Positions 19,258 through 30,077 of a stretch of 64,000 nt of DNA are shown here, one piece after another; within the stretch, counting starts at the first letter, position 1; each line of letters begins with the position of its first letter. The position numbers and the translations under genes are program-made. The stretch spans positions 21,465 to 85,464 of the forward strand of contig JBKHJN010000002.1 in the NCBI GenBank assembly GCA_046538075.1, given 5' to 3'. The notes beneath the pieces were generated by a model, which did not search any database, was not told the origin of the DNA, and saw nothing but the letters and a program-made list of their open reading frames with translations. The stretch is from Desulfobacteraceae bacterium. Its GTDB lineage: Bacteria; Desulfobacterota; Desulfobaccia; Desulfobaccales; Desulfobaccaceae.

Positions 19258-19927
19258 CGATTATCCAAATTTAAAAACCAGCTTTTGTTAGTCCGCTAAA
19301 AATAGCATGGACCGGTTATTCCCCCCTCTGTCACTGCACCCGCCGAGAGGAGAAATCCCTAGCCGGTGGATAAAAAACATACTATACATTTCGAACAGTA
19401 ACCGTCAATGGCTTAAAAATTTTAACTTTCAGTAAAATAGAACTGAGGGGCCAGCGGCAGGTCTCAGTTGCCATCAATATTATATAAGAATATTTTAAGT
19501 TTTAATACACTAATTTCAATTTAGTAGTCAAACAGAAAGATAGGAGAAACCTAGCTCCTTTTTTAAAAAAATTACACCATTTTCTAATCGTCTTATCCTG
19601 CTTAATACTTTAATGTTAAGAACAGTACTCCTGCCAAGGAATAGTAATTTTGTTGGGCAGCATTAGACTTTAACCAGAGTCAGGTTTGGCAGTTTGCTGA
19701 TCTGGACCGAAGTTTAACCTGGTTCGAAGGATATTAAAAAATCCAAGAGCTTTTTTATTTTTGAGTTCCGCCCAATCTGGGTCGCCGATGCCTTCTGGGG
19801 TGCCATTAGGTATTGGAGTTTCTAAGATTGTATGATAGATTTAAGAATTACTTTTGGTTTTGATAATTACAACAAAGCTTTCTGACCTTGACAGACCAGA
19901 TTAATTTTCAGATCATGTTATATAACT

Positions 19928-21124
19928 ATGCGTAAGTGGTTTAAAAAACGAAAGGCCCGCAAAGGTGCGGGGGAGGAGCACCCCGGAACCGAAATAGCCC
20001 CGGCCGAGGTATCCGAAGCCGAGGTTGTCGAGCCGGAAATACCAAAAGCACCGGAGCCGGAGCCGGATGAATCCCCCCCCGGGTCAGTGGCGGCTCCAGA
20101 GCCGGAGCTGGAATTAATAATCCCGGAGCAGGATTTATCCCCCGAATCGACCGTTAGCGCCCCGGAGCAAGAGACGGAGGTCGAGCAGCTGGAGCCCAAT
20201 AAAAAAGGGGTATTCCGCCGTCTGCAGGACCGCTTGGGGCGGACCCGGGGAGCCCTGGCGCAGCGATTGGATCGCCTGTTTCTGGGCAAGAAGGTAATCG
20301 ATGCGGAATTATTGGAATCACTGGAAGAGCTCTTGATCACCGCCGATCTGGGGGTGGATACTACCCTGGCCCTCATCGACGCAGTACGGGAAAAAGTGCG
20401 GCGCAAAGAGCTGAGCGATCCCAGCCGGCTCAAGGCTCACCTCAAGGCAGAAATGGTGGCCCTTTTGCAGGCCCCTGGTCCAGCCCCGGTAGTCACCCAA
20501 CCGCCCCGGGTAATCATGGTAATCGGGATCAATGGGGTGGGCAAGACCACCACCATTGCCAAGCTGGCCCATTATGACCGGGCGGCAGGACAAAAAGTGC
20601 TGTTGGTCGCCGCCGATACCTTCCGAGCCGCGGCCATCGAACAGCTGGAGATCTGGGGCCAGCGGGTCGGAGCCGAAGTGATCAAACAGAAAAGCGGCTC
20701 GGATCCGGCGGCGGTGGTCTTCGATGGGCTGGCCTCGGGGCTGTCCCGGCAGGTGGATTCGGTTTATATCGACACCGCCGGCCGGCTGCATACCAAAGTC
20801 AACCTTATGGAAGAGCTTAAAAAGATCAAGCGCACCGCCGACCGCCAATTACCCGGTGCTCCCCACGAGATTTATCTGGTGCTGGATGCTACCACCGGTC
20901 AGAACGCCATCAGCCAGGCCCGGATGTTTCATGAGGCCCTGGAGGTGACCGGGTTGATTATCACCAAACTGGATGGCACCGCCAAAGGCGGGGTCGCTTT
21001 GGGAGTAGTGAAAGAAACCGGACTGCCGCTCCGCTACATCGGGGTCGGTGAAAGGATGGAGGACCTCCAACCTTTCGAGGCTGAGGCCTTCATCGACGCT
21101 ATTTTAGGACATGATGAAGGATGA
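19928..21124 (+). CDS. ftsY: Signal recognition particle receptor FtsY
   Basis: Acidic Pro/Glu-rich A domain, then an NG domain with [21 protein letters not shown] and [10 protein letters not shown]. Confidence 0.95.
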   Translation: MRKWFKKRKARKGAGEEHPGTEIAPAEVSEAEVVEPEIPKAPEPEPDESPPGSVAAPEPELELIIPEQDLSPESTVSAPEQETEVEQLEPNKKGVFRRLQDRLGRTRGALAQRLDRLFLGKKVIDAELLESLEELLITADLGVDTTLALIDAVREKVRRKELSDPSRLKAHLKAEMVALLQAPGPAPVVTQPPRVIMVIGINGVGKTTTIAKLAHYDRAAGQKVLLVAADTFRAAAIEQLEIWGQRVGAEVIKQKSGSDPAAVVFDGLASGLSRQVDSVYIDTAGRLHTKVNLMEELKKIKRTADRQLPGAPHEIYLVLDATTGQNAISQARMFHEALEVTGLIITKLDGTAKGGVALGVVKETGLPLRYIGVGERMEDLQPFEAEAFIDAILGHDEG

Positions 21125-21134
21125 GTAGCCAAGA

Positions 21135-21695
21135 TTGACTAAACCGTTTCTGTCCATGTTAGCCCGGCGGGGGCAGGTTAATTTAGCCTGCCGGTTAGGT
21201 CAGGGCAAGGCTATAATTTTTGGTGTTTTAAGCCATCCCCGCCTCATAACCTTCTGTTCCTACTGGCTGCCGCCGCTGCTGCTGACCGGATTAGTTTTAT
21301 TATTTTCCGGAGAATTGGGGTCGGTGGAATACACCCAATCGATCATTGACCTGGTCAGGGCCTGGTTCCCCGCCCTCACCAAGAAACAGGCTAATCTGCT
21401 GCATTTCTTGTTGCGCAAAAGCGGCCATTTTTTTACTTACGCCTTGCTGTTTATTGCCTGGGTGCGGACCCTGCGCTGGCATTTAGATTTCAGCCCGCGG
21501 TGGGCTATTCTCCTAGCCCTGACGATCAACCTGGCAGTGGCGCTGGTGGACGAAGGGGCGCAGTCCCGGGTAGCAAGTCGAACTTCCGATCTCCAGGATG
21601 TTTTACTGGATTTTAGTGGGGCAATCACGGCCACCTTGATTATCTGTCCTTTTTTGCGCCAGGTCCCGGGTTGGAAGAAAAAAAATAGCCGGTGA
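21135..21695 (+). CDS. VanZ-like family membrane protein
   Basis: LLRKSGHFFTYALLF, DEGAQS and DVLLDFSGA motifs. About 4 TM segments. Non-ATG start in the track. Confidence 0.6.
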   Translation: MTKPFLSMLARRGQVNLACRLGQGKAIIFGVLSHPRLITFCSYWLPPLLLTGLVLLFSGELGSVEYTQSIIDLVRAWFPALTKKQANLLHFLLRKSGHFFTYALLFIAWVRTLRWHLDFSPRWAILLALTINLAVALVDEGAQSRVASRTSDLQDVLLDFSGAITATLIICPFLRQVPGWKKKNSR

Positions 21696-21796
21696 AACTT
21701 TTCCCGGTCTAATGCCGGTCGACTAGCTTGCCATTCTCCGACCAGGGTCTTAATATTTATCTTAAGTTGGGAAGCGGTCAGAGGTATTAAAGAGAA

Positions 21797-23176
21797 ATGA
21801 CCAAAAGACATCTGAACCTTCTGTTGCTGTTGTGCCTGTGGTTCTTGGCGGTAGGCTGCTCGGAGACGGCGAACGCGGATCTTTATGCCCGCGTACAAGA
21901 AGTCAAGCTGGATAATGGCTTAAAAGTGCTGCTCTGGCCCGAAACCCGGGCCCCGGTGGTTACCCTCCAGGTCTGGTATCGGGTGGGTTCCCGCAATGAA
22001 ACCCTGGGAAAAACCGGAATTTCACACCTTACTGAACACCTGATGTTTCGGGGAACGGAAAAATATGGCCCCAAGGTTTTTTCCCGGCAGGTGCAGAAGT
22101 TCGGTGGCACCGACAATGCCTTTACCTCTAAGGATTACACTGCCTATTTTGAGATCGGCCCCCAGACCAGCCTGAAGATGTGGCTGCAAATGGAGGCTGA
22201 CCGCATGCAGAACCTCAAGGTCAGCGAGGAACTGTTCCGCACCGAACAGCAGGTGGTCCTGGAGGAACGACGGCTGCGCACCGAAGACGATCCGGTCAGT
22301 TTTTTAATTGAAGATACCGTGGCCGCCGCCTATAAGGCGCACCCCTACCAATGGCCGGTAATCGGCTGGATGCACGACATCAAGAATTTGCGCCGCGAGG
22401 ATTTTTTAACCCACTATAATCAATATTACCAACCCAATAATGCCACGGTGGTGGTGGTCGGAGATTTTGAGCCTGAAGCAGTGCTATCCGAGATCCGGGC
22501 CACCTTTGGAAAAATCCCGCCTGGCCCGGAGCCGCCGCCTTTCCAGCCTATGGAGCCGCCTCAGCAAGGCGAACGCCGGGTAACCGTACACCGGGAGGCC
22601 CAGCTGCCTTTTATATGCCTGGCCTACCACGTCCCCAATCTAGGACACTCGGATGCCTACCCCCTGGAAGTGCTGTCCTCTATCCTTTCTCAGGGGCGGA
22701 GCTCCCGACTTTTCCAACAACTGGTTTATGAAAAGCGCCTGGCCCTGGATGTTGGGGCTGATTATAGCCTGGCGACGGCCTCCCCGTCCCTGTTCATGGT
22801 TTACGCCCAACCTCTGCCAGGCAAAACCGTGGAGGAAGTGAAGCAGGCCCTGGAAGCGGAACTGGCCCGGATCAAAACCACCCCGGTAACGGATCGGGAG
22901 TTGACCAAGGCCAAAAATCAGGCGGAATCCGCGATTGTCATGGCCCAGGATTCCTTGTTTTATCGAGGCATGCTGCTAGGGCGATACGAGACTGTGGATA
23001 GTTGGCAGCGACTAAAAGAGCTGTTGCCAGGCATTCAGGCAGTGGAGAAAAATGATGTGCTGCGGGTCGCCCAGCAATATCTAGTTCCCCAAAACTGCAC
23101 GGTAGGGATTCTTCATCCCATCCGCACCGACCAGGCAGTTATTGGGCGCTACCAAGGATATGGACAGATTGAATAG
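21797..23176 (+). CDS. M16 family zinc peptidase (active-site subunit)
   Basis: Inverted zincin motif HLTEHLMF (HxxEH) with a downstream E-rich region. Signal/lipoprotein-like N-terminus. Confidence 0.85.
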   Translation: MTKRHLNLLLLLCLWFLAVGCSETANADLYARVQEVKLDNGLKVLLWPETRAPVVTLQVWYRVGSRNETLGKTGISHLTEHLMFRGTEKYGPKVFSRQVQKFGGTDNAFTSKDYTAYFEIGPQTSLKMWLQMEADRMQNLKVSEELFRTEQQVVLEERRLRTEDDPVSFLIEDTVAAAYKAHPYQWPVIGWMHDIKNLRREDFLTHYNQYYQPNNATVVVVGDFEPEAVLSEIRATFGKIPPGPEPPPFQPMEPPQQGERRVTVHREAQLPFICLAYHVPNLGHSDAYPLEVLSSILSQGRSSRLFQQLVYEKRLALDVGADYSLATASPSLFMVYAQPLPGKTVEEVKQALEAELARIKTTPVTDRELTKAKNQAESAIVMAQDSLFYRGMLLGRYETVDSWQRLKELLPGIQAVEKNDVLRVAQQYLVPQNCTVGILHPIRTDQAVIGRYQGYGQIE

Positions 23177-24545
23177 AAAAATCAGTATATTAATAATTGT
23201 CGTACTGTTCTTCCTGGCCAGTCCAGGGATTGCCGCCCCTCCAGCCCAGGTATTGGGGCAGCGCTATAAGTTGTCCAATGAGCTGATCTGGCTGTTCTCG
23301 GAACAACCGGACTTGCCGCTGGTCACTATGGAACTGCTCATCAAGGCCGGGGTTTTGCAGGAACCCCAGGGCAAAGCCGGCCTGGCCAACCTGACCGCGG
23401 CAATGTTGTTGAGCGGCACTCAAAGCCGATCTGCCACGCAGATTTCCGAAGAGATCGATTTCCTGGGGGCCAGACTGGGAGCCAGCGGCGGCCAGGATTA
23501 TGCCGTGCTGCGGCTCACGGTGCTGAAAAAAAACTTGTCCCCGGCGCTTGAGCTTTTCCAGGATATTTTATTCAATCCGGTCTTTGCCCCGGCAGAGATC
23601 GCCCGCAAAGTCGAACGTTTTATTGGGCAGCTGAAAAGTGAGCAGGATGAACCAGGGGTAGTGGCGGCGCGGGCCTTTGCCCGGGCCTTGTATGGCTCCC
23701 ACCCTTATAGCTATCCGGTGATTGGCACGGAAGCCGACCTTCCTTCCCTCACTCAGAAAGATCTGGTAAACTTCCATCGACAATATTATCGGCCCAACAA
23801 TGCTATCCTGGCTGTAGTCGGAGATCTGCGACCGGCTGAGGCCCAGCAGTATATCGAGAAGTTCTTTGGCAACTGGGAGCCTGATCCAGTCCCAGAAAGA
23901 GAGTCATCTCCTATACCGGAGCTGAAGCAGAGCCAGGTGCTCAGAATCGACAAGGATATCACTCAGGCCCATATAGTGTTGGGTCAGGTGGGTATTAAAC
24001 GGCAGAATCCGGATTTTTATGGCTTTCTGGTAATGAATTATATCCTGGGCGGCGGCGGCTTTGCCTCGCGGTTGATGGACAACATCCGGGATGATCGCGG
24101 CCTGGCCTATAGTGTCGGCAGCCGCTTTGATCCAGGAGTAGGGCCTGGCCCTTTTGAAATTACCTTGGAGACTAAAAATGCGACAGCCGGGGTGGCCCTC
24201 CGAGAGGCACTGAAAGAACAGCAGCGCATCCGAACGGAATTGGTCACCGAAAAGGAATTATCGGAAGCCAAGTCCTACCTGATCGGCAGCCTGCCCCGGA
24301 AGATGGATTCCAATGCTAAACGGGCCTGGCTGTTGGGCTACGTGGAGTTTTATGGGCTGGGGTTGGATTATCCCTGGCGTTATCCTGACCTGATCAACCG
24401 CCTGACCCGGGAGGAGATCCGGTCGGTGGCACAGAAGTATTTGTCACCCCGACAATTGTTGGTGGTAGTGGGCAACCAGGAAAAAATCGACTTGGCTCTT
24501 CCTGAGGGCTGGCAGGAGATAAAAAAACCGTCTAAAGCGGAGTAG
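23142..24545 (+). CDS. M16 family peptidase-like protein lacking the HxxEH motif (probably the non-catalytic partner)
   Basis: M16 fold strings (RFIGQLKSEQDEP, HPYSYPVIGT) with no HxxEH. Overlaps the upstream M16 gene. An alternative ATG at 23160 is possible. Confidence 0.8.
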   Translation: MGATKDMDRLNRKISILIIVVLFFLASPGIAAPPAQVLGQRYKLSNELIWLFSEQPDLPLVTMELLIKAGVLQEPQGKAGLANLTAAMLLSGTQSRSATQISEEIDFLGARLGASGGQDYAVLRLTVLKKNLSPALELFQDILFNPVFAPAEIARKVERFIGQLKSEQDEPGVVAARAFARALYGSHPYSYPVIGTEADLPSLTQKDLVNFHRQYYRPNNAILAVVGDLRPAEAQQYIEKFFGNWEPDPVPERESSPIPELKQSQVLRIDKDITQAHIVLGQVGIKRQNPDFYGFLVMNYILGGGGFASRLMDNIRDDRGLAYSVGSRFDPGVGPGPFEITLETKNATAGVALREALKEQQRIRTELVTEKELSEAKSYLIGSLPRKMDSNAKRAWLLGYVEFYGLGLDYPWRYPDLINRLTREEIRSVAQKYLSPRQLLVVVGNQEKIDLALPEGWQEIKKPSKAE

Positions 24546-24556
24546 GAGTCTTTAAA

Positions 24557-25990
24557 ATGATCTATAAAAAGCGGAGCTTTGAGCATTTGGTGTCCACCGG
24601 CGTAGCAATTCTATTGCTGCTGGGAGCCTCTTTCGGGGCTGGAAGTCAGCCCCTCCAGGCCGCCCTGGCACCGGAGTCTTTTGCTGATCTAGCCCGCCAG
24701 GCTTCACCGGCAGTGGTTAACATCAGCACTGAAAAGACTCAAAAGGGAGAAGGGCGAGTTTATGAATTTTTTGGGCCCTCGCCTTTTGGCCGGGAGGATC
24801 CCTTCCGGGAGTTCTTTGAGAAATTTTTTGGAGATATTCCCAAAGATTTTAAGCAGCGCAGTCTGGGGTCGGGCTTCATTATCGATCGTGACGGTTTCAT
24901 CATCACCAACAATCACGTGGTCGAAGAGGCAGATGAAATAAAGGTCAAACTGGTAGACGGCCGGGAATTCGACGCCACCATCAAGGGCCGGGATCCCAAG
25001 ACCGATCTGGCTCTGATCAAACTCTCCTCTGCAGCACATGATCTACCCGTTCTCACTCTGGGAGATTCCGATGACGTTCAGGTCGGTGATTGGGCCCTGG
25101 CGGTGGGCAATCCCTTTGGCCTGGGGCATACCGTCACCCAGGGCATCATCAGTGCCAAAGGGCGGGTCATTGGGGCCGGACCTTATGACGACTTTCTGCA
25201 AACTGATGCCTCGATTAATCCCGGCAACAGCGGCGGCCCCTTGCTTAATCTGAACGGTGAAGTGATCGGTATCAACACGGCGATTCTCGCCACGGGCCAG
25301 GGTATTGGCTTTGCAACCCCCAGCAACATCGCCAAAGAAGTTATCCCTCAGCTCAAAACCAAAGGCAAGGTAACCCGAGGCCTGCTTGGAGTGCACATCC
25401 AGGTTGTCACCCCTAGTCTGGCCAAATCCTTTGGTCTGGGCAAACCCTACGGAGCGCTGGTCGCCGAAGTCAACCCGGGTTCGCCCGCTGCTCAGGCCGG
25501 AATTCAACGGGGTGACATCATTGTCGAATACAATGGCCAAAAGATTAATGAAATGCACGAATTGCCGCGTCTGGTAGCCAGCACCCCGCCCGGCACCAAG
25601 GCGACCGTTAAGATCATTCGGCAGGGCAAAGAAAAGACCATTCCGGTCACCATCGGCGAACTCAAAGACGAGCAGCAGGCTCGGGAACCAAAAGAGAAAA
25701 TCCCAAAATCAGAGCTGGGCATGGTGGTCCAGGAATTGAACCCCTTACTGGCCCAACAATTCCGCCTCCATGAATCCACCGGGGTGGTAGTGCTGGAGGT
25801 GGAACGGGGCGGTCCGGCAGCCGAGGCCGGCGTTCGACCCGGCGACCTGGTCATGGAGATTAATAACACCCGAATTAAGAGCCAGCCAGACTACCACAAA
25901 GCGGTTAGCGGATTAAAAAGCGGAACTATGTCCCGGCTATTGATCAAACGGCAGGGGCGCACCCTGTATGTCAGCCTGGAGGTTCCCTAA
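24557..25990 (+). CDS. degP: Periplasmic serine endoprotease DegP/HtrA (Do family), two PDZ domains
   Basis: Catalytic strings ITNNHVV, DLALIK and GNSGGPLLN. Two PDZ-like segments (GALVAEVNPGSPAAQAG, GVVVLEVERGGPAAEAG). Confidence 0.9.
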   Translation: MIYKKRSFEHLVSTGVAILLLLGASFGAGSQPLQAALAPESFADLARQASPAVVNISTEKTQKGEGRVYEFFGPSPFGREDPFREFFEKFFGDIPKDFKQRSLGSGFIIDRDGFIITNNHVVEEADEIKVKLVDGREFDATIKGRDPKTDLALIKLSSAAHDLPVLTLGDSDDVQVGDWALAVGNPFGLGHTVTQGIISAKGRVIGAGPYDDFLQTDASINPGNSGGPLLNLNGEVIGINTAILATGQGIGFATPSNIAKEVIPQLKTKGKVTRGLLGVHIQVVTPSLAKSFGLGKPYGALVAEVNPGSPAAQAGIQRGDIIVEYNGQKINEMHELPRLVASTPPGTKATVKIIRQGKEKTIPVTIGELKDEQQAREPKEKIPKSELGMVVQELNPLLAQQFRLHESTGVVVLEVERGGPAAEAGVRPGDLVMEINNTRIKSQPDYHKAVSGLKSGTMSRLLIKRQGRTLYVSLEVP

Positions 25991-26072
25991 CCCTCTATGA
26001 TAAACCGATACCGATAATCTGCAGGAGTGGCAATGCTTGCCGCGGCAAAGAGCAGGCTACCCTAAAATTTAA

Positions 26073-26104
26073 GGCCCGGGATAATCCCGGGCCGGTGGTT
26101 TTTT
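26073..26104 (+). terminator. Intrinsic terminator after degP
   Basis: GGCCCGGG (26073-26080) / CCCGGGCC (26086-26093) stem with a 5-nt loop, then a T-run at 26099-26104. Lies between convergent genes. Confidence 0.6.
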
Positions 26105-26119
26105 GGGCTCAAGCCAAGG

Positions 26120-26767
26120 CTACTCCTTGCGGATCACGACCAGAGTTTTTTCGTTAATCAAAGGATAGATATCATCCAGATGGCGGTTTTGCAGGGAAAT
26201 ACAGCCAAAGGTCCAGTTTTCGCCAATGGCGTTCCTTAGATCGTCGTCGGTCCCGTGAATACCAATTTCTCCCCCGATGCTGGCCAGAGGCGATATTTGC
26301 CCCCGTTTTTTAGCCCGGGCAAATTTGAGCCAGTTCTGGGTGTTGGGATAGTCCAAGAGAATAAATTTGTTCCAGCGCCCATGCGGAAATTTACAGACCA
26401 CCCGGTAAACCCCTTCCGGAGTACACATATCTCCTTGACATAACTTGTCTTTTTTAGGGTTAGCACCCAGAACTACCGGGTAGGTGCGGATCGGCGTCCT
26501 ACCGTAGTAAAGGGTAAGCTTACGACTAATTTTGGAGACCAGTATTACGGTTGGCTTTACTCTTTTTTGATAGTAACCGTTTTGGCTGAGCACTTGGTCA
26601 ATCAACTGTTGGTCAGAGTCAGACTGGGAAACCAATTCCTCATCTTGATCCAGATCATATTGAACCTCTGAGACGGTCTGGACCACCGGCGGCCGGTGCC
26701 CGCCGCACCCAGCCAGTAAACAGACCAGAACCAATGCCCCGTAAAATGACCATCCCCTAACCATCAT
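26120..26767 (-). CDS. L,D-transpeptidase (YkuD) family lipoprotein
   Basis: Lipobox-like LLAGCGG. Catalytic IGIHGT ... TFGCISL signature. Confidence 0.8.
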   Translation of the reverse strand: MMVRGWSFYGALVLVCLLAGCGGHRPPVVQTVSEVQYDLDQDEELVSQSDSDQQLIDQVLSQNGYYQKRVKPTVILVSKISRKLTLYYGRTPIRTYPVVLGANPKKDKLCQGDMCTPEGVYRVVCKFPHGRWNKFILLDYPNTQNWLKFARAKKRGQISPLASIGGEIGIHGTDDDLRNAIGENWTFGCISLQNRHLDDIYPLINEKTLVVIRKE

Positions 26768-27011
26768 TCCCCCCCCTTGTAACTAGAGAAATGGTTCAAT
26801 GTTCTGCGGATTAATTCTCCCCCTCACCTATACTATGATTGCTTAGCTTTTGGCAAGAATTTTTTAAATTTATGGCAAAAAATAAGGTAGCATTTAGTGA
26901 TACGGGTAAAAAGAAGGCAAGGATAGGTAAAAATTAGGAGTTAAGGTTGCCGCGCCGATGCAATAGTTCCCTCACCCCGGACAGCGCCAATGGGCATAAA
27001 TAGGGGCAACC

Positions 27012-27020
27012 TGGTATAAT
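27012..27020 (+). promoter_or_regulatory. Extended -10 promoter element (distal rpsB promoter candidate)
   Basis: TGGTATAAT, i.e. TGn plus a perfect TATAAT at 27015-27020. No good -35 element. Confidence 0.35.
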
Positions 27021-27058
27021 CAAATAGATACCGGCCTTAAGTCATAGGGAATTTTCCC

Positions 27059-27087
27059 TTGCTGCCGGTCGGCTTTCGTGTTATAAA
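27059..27087 (+). promoter_or_regulatory. Sigma70-like promoter proximal to rpsB
   Basis: TTGCTG (27059-27064), 17 nt, TATAAA (27082-27087). About 105 nt upstream of the rpsB ATG. Confidence 0.45.
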
Positions 27088-27193
27088 TATTTGTTTAAAT
27101 TCACACGTCCTGGAAGGCTGGGCTGGTGCTTGGCGGACAAGTTTTCCTGGCAACCACCAGGGCGGCGGAAAAAAACCAGAAGGAGTATAAAGT

Positions 27194-28039
27194 ATGGCTT
27201 ATGTGAGCATGAAAGAATTGCTGGAGGCCGGGGTCCACTTTGGCCATCAGACCAGACGCTGGAACCCCAAGATGAAACCTTACATCTTTGGGGCTCGCAA
27301 TGGCATTTACATCATCGATCTGCAGAAGACAGTCCAACTGTTCAAAATCGCCTATGAATTTGTCGCTGAGCAAGTAGCCTCAGGCGGGAAAGTCCTTTTT
27401 GTGGGCACCAAAAAACAGGCCCAGGATACCATCTATGAAGAAGCCAATCGGTGTGGCATGTTTCATGTCAATCACCGCTGGCTGGGGGGCATGCTGACCA
27501 ATTTCCAGACCATTCGGCGTTCCATTGAGCGCTTGAAGACCTTCGAAAACATGAAGGAGGATGGCAGTCTCAAGCGCTTTCCGAAAAAGGAAATTCTGTC
27601 CATGGAAAAAAAGGCGGTCAAACTGGAAAAAGCCCTGGGCGGTATCAAGGACATGGACCGTCTGCCCGACATCCTTTATGTGGTTGATCCCCACCGGGAG
27701 AATATTGCCGTCCATGAAGCCCGGAAGCTCGGAATTCCCGTGGTGGCCATTGTGGATAGCAACTGCGATCCCACTGAAATTGACTATGTGATACCCGGCA
27801 ATGATGATGCCATCCGGGCTATCCGGCTGTTGACTTCCCGGATTGCCAATGCCTGTCAGGAGGGACTCAAACGGATGGAGGAGCGCCGCCAGGCAGCCAG
27901 CGACAAAGCCGAGGAAATGGCGACGGCAATGCCCGAAGAGGAGGCCGGCGCCGAGTCTGCGGAGGCCGCAGGGGAGGTGGCTGAAGCAGAAATCGGGGAG
28001 CAACCCGAGGAATTAGAACCCCAAGAAATCAATGTCTGA
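27194..28039 (+). CDS. rpsB: 30S ribosomal protein S2 with an acidic C-terminal extension
   Basis: [22 protein letters not shown] and the canonical S2 core. The C-terminal ~50 aa are Glu/Ala-rich. Confidence 0.95.
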   Translation: MAYVSMKELLEAGVHFGHQTRRWNPKMKPYIFGARNGIYIIDLQKTVQLFKIAYEFVAEQVASGGKVLFVGTKKQAQDTIYEEANRCGMFHVNHRWLGGMLTNFQTIRRSIERLKTFENMKEDGSLKRFPKKEILSMEKKAVKLEKALGGIKDMDRLPDILYVVDPHRENIAVHEARKLGIPVVAIVDSNCDPTEIDYVIPGNDDAIRAIRLLTSRIANACQEGLKRMEERRQAASDKAEEMATAMPEEEAGAESAEAAGEVAEAEIGEQPEELEPQEINV

Positions 28040-28147
28040 GCCCGGGCAAGCGCTAACCGGCCAGGACATACAAGCATAATCTCCTCTTAACATATCTGAA
28101 GGATATAACTCAGGTCTGAAGCTGAGAGTAGGTGGAGGAAGACCGAA

Positions 28148-28744
28148 TTGCAAATTACTGCGGAGAAAATCAAAGAACTGCGTGACAAAACCAATGCCGG
28201 GATGATGGACTGCAAGAAGGCATTGACTGAAACCCAGGGAGACCTGGATAAGGCAGTGGTACTCTTGCGCCAAAAAGGCCTGGCGATTGCCCAAAAACGC
28301 TCCGGACGGGCCACCAGCGAGGGATTAATTCATGCCTATATCCACTTTGGGGGCAAAATCGGGGTCTTGTTGGAGGTGAATTGCGAAACCGACTTTGTCG
28401 CCAAGACTCCGGCTTTTCAAGAATTCGTCAAAAATCTGGCCATGCAGATCGCCGCGACCAACCCCTTGTGTATCCGCCGCGAAGAAATCCCCGCCAAACT
28501 GCTGGAAAAAGAGACAGCCATTTTCCGGGCCCAGGCCCTGGAGAGCGGCAAACCAGAGAAAGTCATCGACAAGATCGTCGAGGGGCGGCTGAACAAATTT
28601 TACGCCGAAGCCTGCCTGTTGGAACAATCTTATGTCAAAAATCCCGACTTGCGGATCCAGGATTACCTGAACGAAGTAATTACCCAGGTCGGCGAGAATG
28701 TTACGATCCGGCGGTTTACCCGCTACCAATTAGGAGGCGACTGA
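28148..28744 (+). CDS. tsf: Translation elongation factor Ts
   Basis: ITAEKIKELRDKTNAGMMDCKKAL UBA-like N-terminus. TTG start. Short (198 aa) form. Confidence 0.95.
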   Translation: MQITAEKIKELRDKTNAGMMDCKKALTETQGDLDKAVVLLRQKGLAIAQKRSGRATSEGLIHAYIHFGGKIGVLLEVNCETDFVAKTPAFQEFVKNLAMQIAATNPLCIRREEIPAKLLEKETAIFRAQALESGKPEKVIDKIVEGRLNKFYAEACLLEQSYVKNPDLRIQDYLNEVITQVGENVTIRRFTRYQLGGD

Positions 28745-28775
28745 GGAAGCCGGCTCCTGACCGGCACCAGCTAGC

Positions 28776-29513
28776 ATGGAGTCAACGAAACCGAAGTATC
28801 CGCGCATTCTGTTAAAGATGAGTGGCGAGGCCTTGGCCGGGGACCAGAAGTTTGGCCTCTGCCCCCAGACAGTGCGCGCCATTGCCCGGGAAATCAAAGA
28901 AGTGGTGGATTTGCCGGCGCAGGTGGGCATAGTCATTGGAGGAGGCAATATTTTCCGGGGGGTGGCCGAAAGTGCTCGTAATATGGAGCGCACCGTGGCG
29001 GACCAGATGGGGATGCTGGCCACAGTGATTAATTCGCTGGCCCTGCAAGATGCGCTGGAAAAAGAAGGGGTGCATTGCCGGGTGATGTCGGCCATTGCCA
29101 TGCATGAAGTGGCAGAGCCCTACATCCGGCGCCGGGCCCTAAGACATTTGGAAAAGGGCCGGGTGGTGATCTTTGCCGCCGGAACCGGCAGCCCCTATTT
29201 TACCACAGACACCGCCGCGGCTCTCCGGGCCACCGAAATCGGCGCCCAGGCTCTCCTCAAGGGCACCAAGGTAGACGGGGTTTATGATCGGGATCCTATT
29301 CTGGATCAACAGGCAAAAAAATATGAGAGGCTGAAATATCTGCAAGTTATCCAACAGGGCCTCAAGGTGATGGATAGTACGGCGGTGACCATGTCCATGG
29401 ATAACATGTTACCGATCATCGTCTTTAAGCTTCTCGAACCCGGGAATATGAAGAAAGTGGTCCTGGGCGAAAAGATCGGTACTCTGGTGGAGAAAGACGA
29501 CCATGAAAGATGA
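28776..29513 (+). CDS. pyrH: UMP kinase
   Basis: [29 protein letters not shown]. Confidence 0.95.
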   Translation: MESTKPKYPRILLKMSGEALAGDQKFGLCPQTVRAIAREIKEVVDLPAQVGIVIGGGNIFRGVAESARNMERTVADQMGMLATVINSLALQDALEKEGVHCRVMSAIAMHEVAEPYIRRRALRHLEKGRVVIFAAGTGSPYFTTDTAAALRATEIGAQALLKGTKVDGVYDRDPILDQQAKKYERLKYLQVIQQGLKVMDSTAVTMSMDNMLPIIVFKLLEPGNMKKVVLGEKIGTLVEKDDHER

Positions 29514-30060
29514 GATACTCAATGAGATGCAACGGAAAATGGACCGGGCTCTGGAAGTATTGGGCAAAGATTTCTCCCGCATCCGGACCGGCCGCGCCTC
29601 CGTGGCCCTGTTAGAAGGCATCAAGGTGGAATGTTACGGCACCACCATGCCGATCAACCAGGTGGCTTCGCTGGCCGCCCCAGAGAGCCGTCTGCTTACT
29701 GTCCAGCCCTGGGACCCCTCCATAATCTCGGATCTGGAAAAGGCTATCCTGAAATCGGATCTGGGGCTGACCCCCAGCAACGACGGCAAGATCATTCGGA
29801 TTCCGATCCCGGCCCTGACCACCGAGCGCCGCAAAGATTTGGTCAAGACCATTAAGAAAATGGCCGAAGAAAGCAAAGTGGCTTTGCGGAACCTACGCCG
29901 GGAAGCCAATGACCAGTTAAAGGACCTGAAAAAGGAAAAGCTGCTGAGCGAAGATCAAGCCTTTAAAGCTCAAGAGGAGGTGCAAAAGATCACTGATGAC
30001 TATATCAAGCAAGTAGATGATCTGGCTGCTGAAAAAGAAAAAGAAATCATGTCATTTTAA
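29503..30060 (+). CDS. frr: Ribosome recycling factor
   Basis: Canonical RRF strings ([36 protein letters not shown]). 11-nt overlap with pyrH. Confidence 0.95.
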   Translation: MKDEILNEMQRKMDRALEVLGKDFSRIRTGRASVALLEGIKVECYGTTMPINQVASLAAPESRLLTVQPWDPSIISDLEKAILKSDLGLTPSNDGKIIRIPIPALTTERRKDLVKTIKKMAEESKVALRNLRREANDQLKDLKKEKLLSEDQAFKAQEEVQKITDDYIKQVDDLAAEKEKEIMSF

Positions 30061-30077
30061 GATGACCGGGGGAGCTT

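Noticed and set aside
27091-27193. Possible S2-autoregulatory leader structure upstream of rpsB (CTGGTG...CACCAG stem)
   Set aside because: The characterised rpsB leader motif is from gammaproteobacteria, and I cannot match it here. A single 6-bp stem is weak evidence.
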